Source of the DNA: Torpedo marmorata
Taxonomy: Eukaryota
Direction of reading: 5' to 3'
DNA length: 64,000 bases
Assembly (NCBI GenBank): GCA_977017645.1
Contig: OZ360238.1
Coordinates: 65,410,001-65,474,000, forward strand
Below are positions 36,098 through 47,589 of the stretch, piece by piece. The notes under the pieces were generated by a model that was not told the origin of the DNA, ran no database searches, and worked only from the letters and a program-made list of their open reading frames with translations. Within the stretch, counting starts at the first letter, position 1, and every line of letters starts with the position of its first letter. The position numbers and the translations under genes were made by a program.

Positions 36098-36112
36098 AGG
36101 TTGATGATGCAG
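36098..36112 (+). CDS. NCOA5L: Candidate 15-nt microexon of NCOA5-like (EVDDA)
   Basis: Long pyrimidine tract, TGC at 36088-90, aag|AGGTTGATGATGCAG|gtaaag; frame-preserving phase 1-1. Confidence 0.62.
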
Positions 36113-36561
36113 GTAAAGCATCTCTCATACCTGATGTGCAGGTCAAAGGCTGGTTAATTTTGGAGAAAGATCACATCTTTAAATACTATTTTTTCCCCAA
36201 TATATTTTCATTCATCTGAAGTTAGTTTTAACTGATAATAGTATTCAACTGTTTCTGGAGGGGTGGGGTGGGGGGGGGGTGGAGAAAGCCCTCTTCCAGA
36301 CAAAAAAAAAACAGACAAAGCAGGAAACATAAACAAAAATAAGACTCTTTTGTGGTCTTTGGAAGTCACACTGCCAAAGGGCTAAGCCACGTGGAACACT
36401 GCAGCTGCAGTACAAAACTAAGGATTGATTTAACTTGCACTGAGGAGCTGCAGGCAGTTATTGAATAGTAACCTACAGTTTGGTATTTTTAAAAATATGT
36501 CCTGGTCTCAAATTACTCTGAAGTTGCTCTTATTAATAATCTGATATTTGCTTCTTGATAG

Positions 36562-36627
36562 AAGTGAACAGCGCTTGGCAAAATTATCAAGAAGAGAGAA
36601 CTGAGGCTTATCAGTGGCCACATGAAG
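36562..36627 (+). CDS. NCOA5L: NCOA5-like 66-nt exon (EVNSAWQNYQEERTEAYQWPHE)
   Basis: cttcttgatag|...GAAG|gtaaag; purine-rich; open in phase 1-1. Confidence 0.75.
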
Positions 36628-36921
36628 GTAAAGGAGCAAAGTTCAGGATTTCAGTTTTTTAACTGACATATCTTGCTTGAGTCAAGGGATTGAAAAATAG
36701 GTCTGCACAGCTTCAAGTGTACCTGTTTGTCACACAGGATAACCTTGCTGGCCTTTGTCTTCCGAGTCTACCAATCGTTCCAAATAATTTCTGTGCAAAA
36801 AAAAAAAATAGCAGTTTGTATAAAATAAGAACATCGTGGCAGGAAGGAATTTGGTGATTAAAAAATTTAAGTATATATTGTCATATTTTTATGCTTTAAA
36901 GTTGTTTTCTTTATTTTCCAG

Positions 36922-37113
36922 CATCTCTTGTTCAACAAGCTACTGGAACTGAGAGTTACTATGACGTAGGCAGTGTTTCACAAACTTCCAGCAAGCCTAA
37001 GCCCCTCCTTCCAACACCAGTCAGGCCACCCCTTTTGGGTCATGCACCTCTTACTCAGAAAAAAACGCCTCTTTTGGGTGATCGGCCTATTAGGGCTCTT
37101 CTGCCTGCTCCAG
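36922..37113 (+). CDS. NCOA5L: NCOA5-like Pro-rich exon (…KPLLPTPVRPPLLGHAPLTQKKTPLLGDRPIRALLPAP)
   Basis: ttattttccag| 192 nt |gttagc; open in phase 1-1. Confidence 0.85.
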
Positions 37114-37444
37114 GTTAGCATTTTTCCCCAAAACTTAATGCATTCAGCAGTCTGCCACTCATTATTTTGTAATGCTTAGTTGTCTGCAAAATGGTAAAAC
37201 TAGTTTTAAATAAGTTCAAAATGTTTCATCTTTGTTACCTCAGTTTCAGAGCCTAACTTCTCAGGTTATTGAACTTTACATTTCAAAGATGACTTTGGTA
37301 CATGGTAAATAAAAAAAATAAAAAAATATTCAACAACATTCTGAAAACCTTAGTATTTTTCAATAGCTTTTTTTTTTTTAAAAGACAGTTCTGTAAAAAA
37401 TGTCTCATTTTACCAATGCCCTTTTGCAGTCAGTTTTGCAGCTC

Positions 37445-37800
37445 ATTATGCGGCACACTAGCCTGAATCAGAAGGTTTTGGGTCCAGGTCCCACTCCATA
37501 AATTTGAGGATATAAAAGTGGACTTACACTCTCCAGTGTAGTGCTGATGATGCTGCACAACTGGAGGTTTTGACATTTAGATGATTTGTCAAAGCTTTCT
37601 CCTCTCTCATCAGCATTGAAATGCTGCAATTACATTAGTTTAGGACCACTGGAGAAATCTCTGGTGTGCCCAGGATTCAGTCCCCAATCTATTATGGAAG
37701 GCAGATTATCTGTTGATTGTTACACAGCAATATTTGGTGACATTCTTCCATTACAATCTTAATGATGGTTCACAAGTACTTCATTAAGCACTTTGGGATA
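37445..37800 (+). mobile_element. Ancient Deu-domain SINE (SacSINE1/AmnSINE1-like)
   Basis: tcagaaggttttgggtccaggtcccactcca head; ctccagtgtagtgctgatgatgctgcac..ggagg Deu-like core; aagcactttgggat 3' motif. Confidence 0.65.
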
Positions 37801-38766
37801 AAAGCATTACGAGAAGCAGGAAGAGACTAAATGAACCCTCAAGCCTGCTAGCCATTGAAGAGGATTGTGACTGACGATTTTGGCTATAGCTCCATGTTCT
37901 TGCCTATTCTTATTACCTTTGAATTCTCAATAGACTCAATGTATCTTTCTGTGCCTTGATTATATTTAGTGACTTGGGGTAGAGAATCAGGTTCATAAAC
38001 CTGATAAAGAAATTCTTCCTCATCTCTCTTAAATGGACAACCCACATCCAAATTTACACCTTTCATTCTAGACTTCCAGATTTCCTCCAGAAATGTTTGT
38101 CAGGTTCCCTCAATCTCGTCTCATTCCTCTAAACTCCAAAAAGAATAGACATATGCACTCAACCTCCTTTCCAAGACAACATCTTTATTCCAGAAACCAA
38201 TGCAATGAATTTCCATAAATTGCTTCCAATGCAAGTGTATTCCTCTTTCCAAAACTGCACAGTACTCCAGATGTGGTTTCATTGAAGTCTTGTATTCTCC
38301 ACTTTTGCACTTTTTTGTTTTTAATAAAAACCAGATGACTTGTGGTTGTGAGACACAAAATAAATATTTTTATAAAATATTCAAATTTTAAATTTTTGGA
38401 TATGCTGAGGGTGTCAGAAAAATACAAATATAAACCCTGAATCCATAAGTGATTAAATAGATGTGACTGTGATTGGATTAATTAAAAGTGAAATTGGGTT
38501 ATTTGGGATGAATACGAGTATAGAACTAGATAAAATAGTTGAGTAAACCAGGGGACAGCTGGTTGAAAGCAGAATTGCAGAAGCAAATTTTAAAGAAAAT
38601 TATACCTTTAACAATAAGAGTTGAGATTGCCAGTGATAATTCTTGTTTTCTTGTTGGTAATAAGTTCAGGTGCTGCAGGGATCAGCTTTGCGGTCTTGGG
38701 ATTGAACAATTTACGATCTATATAAATGATTTCATGTAATTTGCACTATCTTTTGTTCTGTTGTAG

Positions 38767-38807
38767 GTCATCCATTAAAATTGGGTGCAAGGCTCCAGTT
38801 GCAGTAA
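38767..38807 (+). CDS. NCOA5L: NCOA5-like last coding exon (GHPLKLGARLQLQ*), followed by an AT-rich 3' UTR
   Basis: ttttgttctgttgtag| acceptor, in-frame TAA at 38805-07; TE-free AT-rich sequence follows with ATTAAA (~39414, ~39423) and AATAAA (~39277, ~39606). Summed CDS is 1110 nt. Confidence 0.72.
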
Positions 38808-40468
38808 AGAATGACAACTTTGAAGCATTGGAATGCATACTACTTTGGAATTGAGTTTGTACATTCAACACAGCATAATCTGAAGAGCACCAAAACTATA
38901 CTAATACCATGGGATACTTTGATGAATAGTCACAGACTGAGAATTGTAAACTGTAGTATTTTAGCATTTTAGAACGATCCCATTGTGTTCAAATTCCTTT
39001 CAAAGGTATATGTCCAATGTCATGTACAAGGACCATTTTTGTAATTTATCAATGTTGCTATGAATAGTTTGAAGAGGTTGGGAAAACCCCATTGATAAAT
39101 GTATCTTTTTGCAATGGTTGTTCATTATTTCATTTGTTGATTGCTTGTTTAAAATTTTCCCTCTGTTAACCTCGTTTACAAGATTTTATTGTGTAGTGAG
39201 TTTTTATTATGTAAACAAAATTTACTCCATGATGCTTTTAGAACACAGACTCCCTCCATGTGAGTACATCTATAAAAATAAATTGAGTAAATATCACCAT
39301 GCAATATTATCTTGGCCAGATTTATACAACAGTTCCACTTGACTTTTTTTGTACTGAGCATTGTAACAGTAGTGCATTCATTTGATGAAAAACCGTATGT
39401 TCAGTATATTCCAATTAAAGTGATTAAATTTATTTTGTGTATTGATACACAGTTCTGTTAAATGAAGTTTCTAATTAATTTCAAAGGCTGCTTGAAGGGA
39501 GGGAAACTGGAGAACCATTACAGAAACCAGAGTTTTCAATGTAACAATGTGAGACTATTTTAAAGGCTGCCTTTTGTAACAATTTAAGAAGCGGTATTTA
39601 AATGGAATAAAGGTTCCAATTTTTCTTCCTAATGCTTTTGTTTAAACCTGCAAATTATTTGGTGCAACACATTGAAGTTTGATTTAAAGCAGGAAGAAAA
39701 ATGTTACGTAATCCAATTCTGGTTCATATTTTCTAGCATTTGCACAACCACTTTTCTTTGAATTTTTCTACTTCTGTTCCGAAATTACAAACTTGCTGTT
39801 TTAAATGCTCTTTTTGCTTTGCCTATAGTTGAGGTTAAAATGCAATGTACCATCTCATTGTCACTGTTTAATATTCTTTGCCCAAGATTTCATCTCCTTC
39901 AACTTTTGACTTTTTCCCCAAATGTTTAAATGTTTTCCTTTTGAGCATTATGTAATCATTTGTTGTACCCTTGGAATCCCATTTTATGGAATTTCACCCA
40001 AACTCAACCTGGAAAAAATGAATGCTTAAAAGTATGAATCCAATGCTTTTAGGTAAATTCTTTCAGTGAGATGAGTTAACAACCTTTTTGATTTTTTTTT
40101 TAAAGCTAAAGTTGTCCTAGCTGAATACATTGCATATAGATATATGGAGGTGGTAGAACTTTTGTGTGGGGCAATAATTAAATGGAGGGCAATGTTCGAA
40201 TTTTGTGAGTTGCATACAAACAAGCAAAATAATATTTTGTATGGTCCTGAAGTAAAAAATTAAAGATCGTAAGGACATTTGAATTCCTTGTTGCCATCCT
40301 TTGCATCTCCATGTGATCAATTTGAAATTGTGTAATGAAGACATGGTAAGGAAATGACAATTTTGTGAAACATTGCTTTTCAGTGGGGAGGAGCTCTTAA
40401 CATTGTTAGGCAGTAATTTGAATGGCAATAGTTAACCAAGAATGTATTTTAAAGATTGTTGATTTTTT

Positions 40469-42172
40469 AATTTTATTTTTTAAATATTTTATTTAAAATT
40501 TTAAATCACACAATACACTATATAAAATGCAAAATTATCAAAATACATGTGATACATTTTCTCCCCCCCAGCCTCCCTCCCCACCCTAACCCTCCCACCC
40601 TACTAATCTATAAAATAAAAAGAAAGAAAGAAAAAGATAGAATAAGGAGAATGTCAATCTACAAAAAAGAACAACTATAGACTAATTTTATTGTGGAAAA
40701 TAGATTCACCAGTCAGATCTGATATCCAGAGATCTTCAAATCCTTAAACCAACCGCTTTTATATATGGGCTCCATATTTTCAAAAAGAAATGATATTTAT
40801 TACGTAAATTATAAGTAATTTTTTCAAGTGGTATACATGAACGAAGTTCTGCATGCCACCTTTCTAACCCTAAATCTTCATCAGATTTCCAAGTAATAGC
40901 AATACATTTCTTAGCAACAGCTAAAGCAATTCTCAAAAACTCTATTTGATACATATTTAATTTCATCTTAATACTAATTCTTTTAATATCTCCAAATAAA
41001 AATATCATAGGATCCATTGGGAGTATAATTCTTAATACTTTGTCTAAAAACTTTTTAACTCTCAACCAAAAATCATAAATCTTTGGACAGAACCATGTAG
41101 AATGTACAAAAGAACCTTCTTCTCTATTACATCTGAAACATAAACCTGATAATGTCGGGTTAAATTTCTTTAGTTTTTTAGGTGTTAAATATAATTGATG
41201 GAAAAAATTATATTGCACTAATCTATATCTGACATTAATAATCTTAGTCATACTTAGTTTACATAATTCCAATGTTTTTCATCTATAGTTACATTCAAAT
41301 CTAATTCCCATTTTAATCTTGATTTATGAATTGCTACCTTAGGCATTTTCCTCTGTAATAATCGATACATTTGAGAAATAAATTTATTTACACCTCCATT
41401 AGTAACTAATAATTCAAGCTCACTTTGTCCTGGTAAAATCAGACTATGACCCAACCTTTCAACTAAAAATGCTCTAATTTGGAAATAAGCAAAATACGTA
41501 TTATTTAATACATTAAACTTATCTTTCATTCTTTGAAAAGTAATAAATTTACCAGCTTCAAAACAGTCCTTTATTTTCTTAATTCCCTTTTGAAACCAAA
41601 TTTTAAATAATTGATTATCAAAAGCAAATGGAATAAGTTTATTTTGATATAAAGGCATTCTTGGCGAAATTAAGCCTTTCGCTCCTATCTCCTTATCCAC
41701 TCTATTCCATATTTCTAACAAATGTTTAAAAATAGGAAAAGATTTAGAAAGTTGGAAAGATTTACCTATAACTTTAATAGGAAGGGTAAATTGTATTAAA
41801 ATGAATGTCTTTCCAAGAATTCAATATCTCAATCAATTCCTTATGAAATTCCTCAGAAATTTTTTAAAGATTTAAATTTAATTATTAGGAAGTTTTTGTG
41901 GAAAGGTAAATTGGCTAGAGTAGCTATGGAGAAATTAACTTGGAATTATGAATTGGGTGGTTTACAACTTCCTAATTTTCAAAATTATTATAAAGCAGCT
42001 CAATTAAGATTTATTAATGAAATGTTTGACTCAACAAAATCTTCTGCTTGGATTCGAATAGAATTAAATAATATAGGAGAAGATTTGAAAGAAGTTATTT
42101 ATAAATGGAATTCTAAATTAGTACTATCGAGAGGGAAAAATTCTATTTTTAAACATTTGTTAGAAATATGGA
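40469..42172 (-). mobile_element. L1-clade LINE with 5' inversion (twin priming)
   Basis: ORF2 3' part on minus (ORFs 40736..41272, 41254..41721), upstream part on plus (~41737-42172); TSD ATTGTTGATTTTTT at 40455-68 and 42173-86. Confidence 0.88.
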
Positions 42173-43489
42173 ATTGTTGATTTTTTTAAAATTTTAGCAT
42201 ATAGGATTGAAAAAATTCTGAAATTATTCTTGAGTTCCTCACAAACTGATTGTAGTTGATGTTTCATTGCACTGTGATGTAAAATGAAGAGGAGAATGAG
42301 ATTATCGTATCGGTGGGTAGAATAATCCACAAATTCACAAGATTAATCTCATCTTTTCATTTCACAGCCTCATCTTTGCTTAGTCTAAAGGGAGAAGCAG
42401 AATGTGCTTCAAGAAGATACCCGAGTAATATTTGTGTGGTTAGGTATCTGGTACACTTGAATGTAGAGTGTTTGGAGAAATCCACGAATCATTTCCCCTT
42501 ACAACCTCTTCAAACAAGATCCAGCTCAGGCTTAAAAGTTGCACAATAACAGTAGTTCATGAGCTGGATCCCATCCAGTCCACTTGCTGAACACTGCACC
42601 TATGTTTAATCAGGACATGGGTTGAGAAGAGTCTCCACTTTCAAGAGTCTTCCTGTAGGTGGCTTAGTAGGAAGACTTGCTTCTTAAAATTGTGAAGTGA
42701 GGCCACCTCTGTACGACACCAGAATGGTTAAAGCATTAAAGTAGATGCCATTAGGCCAGCTGAGTCCATATGCCATAGGCGCACCATTTAAGAGCAATCC
42801 AGTTACTTCAACCTGACTTCCTTGGCCTGCAAGTTCTCTCATGTTAGATAATTATCCAGCCATCTTGAATGCTGCAATGGTATCTGACTTTATTACCCCT
42901 ATTCACAAAAATTGACTAGATGGGTTGAAGGGTATGTGCTGCAATACTCAATGGTTCTATAACTTGGTGCTTCTGCTGATTGTGTCCATTATACTGTATG
43001 TCCCTAACATCTGACAACTCCAGAAAATGGGAACTTCTCACTATCCACTCTGACTAGATATTCATGATTTTAAATGTCTATCATATTTCTGAGTGACCTC
43101 TTGTGAGAACCACCCCATCTGCTCCAGTATTTCTATATTCCATCCCTGGAATTATTTAAGAAATATCTCTTCCATTACCATTTTCAAAATATTCACTTCT
43201 TAAATTGTGTAACATGCAACTGACCACAATAGTCTGGCTGTGGTTAACCCCGATATTTTGTGAAATTAATCAGTAGTTCTTCTCGTACTCTTATCTCTAC
43301 AAAGCTCAGGGTCTTCCTATGAACTTCCACTTGTCCTCCCAGATTTCTCTGCTTGTGCATTGTTCATAGAATTGGGCTCTTTGTTGCCTCTTCATTCTTA
43401 CCAAAGTGTAACATTACATATCTCAACATTAAATTTCCTCTGCCAGCTATTGCCTATTCTACCTTCCTGTCACATTTTGTTGGTCAGTA

Positions 43490-44885
43490 TCTTCATTAGT
43501 TTTTATAAGAAATACAATACAATGAAGAAAAAGGAACAAAACTGAAAATACAGTATCACGTGTGTGTATATATATATATATTAAGATAAAACTTCAAACA
43601 GTATAAACTCGGTCCCCCCTCCACTGCAATGGGTGAAAATGGGGGAAAAAAACATCAAAAGTATATTTTAAAAAAAACACCCCACCTTACCTACTCCAAT
43701 TAAAAAAAAACTACTATATAAAAAAAACAACTAAATATTGAAATTGATCTTTCACTATTTTAAGCGGGAAATTAGAATAGCTAGAAAAAGATCCTTTTAA
43801 GGGTAGTAGTTCACTCTTGTGCAAATTTAATTTATAACCTGAAAACTGGCTAAATTGGGCAAACAAAGATAATATCTTTGGTATAGGATTTGAAATAAAA
43901 AGCAATAAATCATCTGCATAAAGAGATACTTTGTTTGATTCCACTTCTGGTTCTTCCTTTAAATTCTCTACTTTGTCGGAGAGCAACAGCTAAAGGTTCC
44001 AGTCCTTTATCAAAAAGCAAAGGACTTAACGGGCATTCTTGCCGTGTTCCCCTGATAAGCCTAAACATTTTTGATTGTTGTTAATTCAAACGAATTGAAG
44101 CCATTGGACATAAATATAATAATTTAATCCATTTGATAAAATGTGGATCAAAATTAAATTTTCCTCAGATTGCAAATCGATATTCCCATTCCAACTGATG
44201 AAATGCTTTCTCAGCATCTAATGAAAGAACACATTCAGTCACTGGGGTGGAGGGTAAATATAAGATATTCAATAATTGATGTATGTTATAAGAATAACGA
44301 TTTTTAATATAAAACCAGTTTGATCAGAATCAATAATTATTGGAAGAATATTTTCTAATCTTTGCGCTAAAACAAAGGTAAGGCTATCTCATCTGGAAGA
44401 GTAAATACATCTAATCACATTAGAAACATTTACATCATATGAAATAAGTCATAAAAGGTCGCCATGTATCTTCAAATTTCACCGATGAATCAAATACATG
44501 ATATCTAATTTTTTCAAAGCTAAAACAAGACATAATATGAGAAAACCATTGAAACACTGTTGGAGGTCTAGAATATTTCCATTTGAATGGGATGGCTGTT
44601 CTTGCCAACAATGTAGAGAAAGCCACAACCCATTGAACAGGTACAGAAAAACTCCCTCTGTCTGGGTCAATAACCCCGAAAAGAGCAGTTATTGGATTTG
44701 GTCGTAGCTCCACCTGGAGTATAGTTGAAAAGATATTAAAAAATTCTTTCCAATAGTTTTCTAAGGATGAGCAAACCAAAACATATGTGTCAATGTAGCA
44801 ATTTGAGATTTGCATCTGTCACAAATTGGGTTAATATTAGAAAAAATACTAGCCAATTTATCTTTGGACATGTGAACACGATCGT
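43490..44885 (-). mobile_element. L1-clade fragments (RT domain, C-terminal CCHC region, 3' UTR) in scrambled order
   Basis: KVSLYADDLLLF and SGYKLNLHKSE (43714..43986); CDRCKSQIATLTHMFW (44761..44952). Confidence 0.82.
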
Positions 44886-47589
44886 TGATCCTAACACTGA
44901 TCTCTGGTGAGCTCCATTTACACTTGCCACCAATCCAAAAAAGACCTTTCATTCACAGTTCTGTTACTTGTTCTTTAGCCAATGTTTTGTGTATGCTGCA
45001 CAGATTCTTTTATTCTATGCATACACGTGGTCTTTTGTTGGCATGTTATGAAATAGGCTTATTTTACTAAAGTTTTTTATCAAATTTATTAAGCTTGTAG
45101 AGCTTAATTGTAATACATGAAATACATTTAATACTTTAAAAAATGTAATTGCAAACATCAAGTGAAAGTAACAACTACAGTATTTTCCTTTTAACAGTGT
45201 TTGACCAATATGAGTGCTGACTGAAGTGTATGCAATCCAACAGCTCAGCATGTCATTACTCTGCACTGGACTCCATGGTGAGCCTTGTGGTGGGTAGGAG
45301 GTCAGATGCACAGGCTTTTTAAATCCAATGCCCATGCATTAAAATGTAGAAGTCAGAAATAAGCTGGCCCATGAGGAAGACATAGGTAGTTGTGAGCATG
45401 AACCAGCCCATTTTGTTAGGTTGCTGAGGTTTTGTGAATGACAAAATACCTACATACATACAAAACAGTTACATAGAATAGGTGCAGCATTTTAAAATTT
45501 CAGACAGAAGAATTTTCTTTGGCACCTCAGAACACCCTGAGGCCATGTCACAGATTTCATGGAGCAAGTTGAAATAAGGGAGCTTCAATTTTAACTCAAC
45601 GCCAGTGAGAAAGTAAAGGTTCTGTAGAATTTGTGGAAAGTTGGTGTATTCTTAAAGACTAAGATCATTTGCGTGCAATAAACTTCTTGCCATGCCCTTT
45701 GATAAAGACAGTTTTGTGGAAATTAAAGGAGGGCACGTGGAAAGCTTGCACTGAAAATGACAAGGATAAATGATTTGTCTTATGAAACATAATGCTTCTG
45801 TTGGTGGTGAATATTTGTTTCTTTGCTGCAGCAACATCATACTCCAATGTTTGTTTTCAGTTCTATTTCACACTGTCTGAATGTCAATCCTTTGACATTC
45901 ATACACTTCCACCTTCATTCTTGAAAATCTGCATGCTCTCAAGAACCTCTATATCCTTATTATATGGTAACTGGAACTGCTCGCATTGTTCCTAAGTATA
46001 GCCTAACAGATTAAATGTAACTTTCCCATTTTTCAATTTTCTCATGCTGTAACCCTGAGTTCATAGTTTGATTTCCATACTAATCTATGGCACAACATAT
46101 AATGGTGTATTTGCACCAAAATCCCCTAGTTTCTCTACCTCACCTAGTATACAGTAGTAACCTCCCTTGTTCTTATTGTTCTTCCTTCCAAAATGTGAAC
46201 TAACTAAATAATTTCCCATTCTGCAAATTTATTGATATCGTCCTGTAATGGGTTGCAGTCCTCCTAAGTATTGAAAACATCCCCACTTTGTCTCATCTGC
46301 AAAGTCAAAAATGTATTTTTGAGATGCAAATGGTGAAGAGTTAATTGAACTTGTGAACAGCAGAGATCTCAACACTGATATTTGTAGATCATCGCTTTCA
46401 TGGTGAATAACCATCCACTTACTGTTTTCTGATGAAGTCAGCTATCAAATTCTTTTCCTACTGCAATTTATCCCATGGCTCTGCATTCTCTTACATTCTT
46501 TAGTCTTTTGTAGGATATCTGATCTAAATTCTTCTATAAAGCTAAATTACATTTACTGGATTACCTCTGAATATTCTTATCTCTCTATTCAATAAGGTCT
46601 GACAAACAAGATGTTCTATTTTGAAATGTATGCAATTTGTTATGCTTTTAATGTCTAGATGTTTTGTATTCTTTTTCCTAGCAGCACTGTTTAGCTAACT
46701 GGTCAATATTGGATATGTTCTATTCTTAAAAATAAGGAATACTTTAGCTATTTGCCAGTGTTTTGCCACCAAAACCTTTTCTGATGAATTAGTTAAATTG
46801 TGTTTGCAATTAATTATCTCCTCAATCTCTTGGTCATTCTCATTATTATGGCCATGATCTTTACGATGCAAGAATGCTAAGACGATGCATTTCTATCCAC
46901 CCTTTGACCCTAATATCCAAGAGAGACTACAGAGAATTTTTCTCAAATCTTTTTTCTAATTTGGGTACCCTCAGAAATTTATTTTTGTTTAGCATCTACA
47001 TGATGCTATGTAAGCCATGATTCTGACCAATGGATCCACACCAGATCCAATCCCACGCTCATCTATTCTCAACATCTTTTGCTGCCACATTTTAACTTGC
47101 CTTTCACAAGCTTTCTGTTGGAGTGAAGCTAATCTACAGTTTGAAAGGGTCATCACTCCACAACCAAGGTAATTCCAAATGTGTTACAATATGCAGACAA
47201 AATACACACTTGGAGAACAAGCTCCAATTAAATTTTTCAAATTAAAGGCAGGTGTATTTGAGAGAAATTTCAAATATTAAGTCATTTCATGTTCATTCTC
47301 CCATCTATTTTAAAACATGTATAACCTTTAATTATATATCTTCTGCATGAAGAAGAAAATTGGAACAAGAATAACTGATTGAACATATCTGAGTATCTGA
47401 ACTAGCTAACTAACTGATGAATTTGTTTGTATTTGCTACATTTAGGGGGAAAATTGAATGGCATACATGGCCTGTGGTTTTCTATGTTCTTGCTCATCAT
47501 TAATCGCTAACCATTTAAAATGTAAAGCTTTTGGAATCTTCATTCAGTTAAACTTTTTTGTTGGTGACATTGTGGTGCAACACAACAGG

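Noticed and set aside
42300-42730. Possible ancient transposon or coding relic (also ~45230-45620)
   Set aside because: Non-random looking, but I could not assign a reading frame, termini or family by eye.
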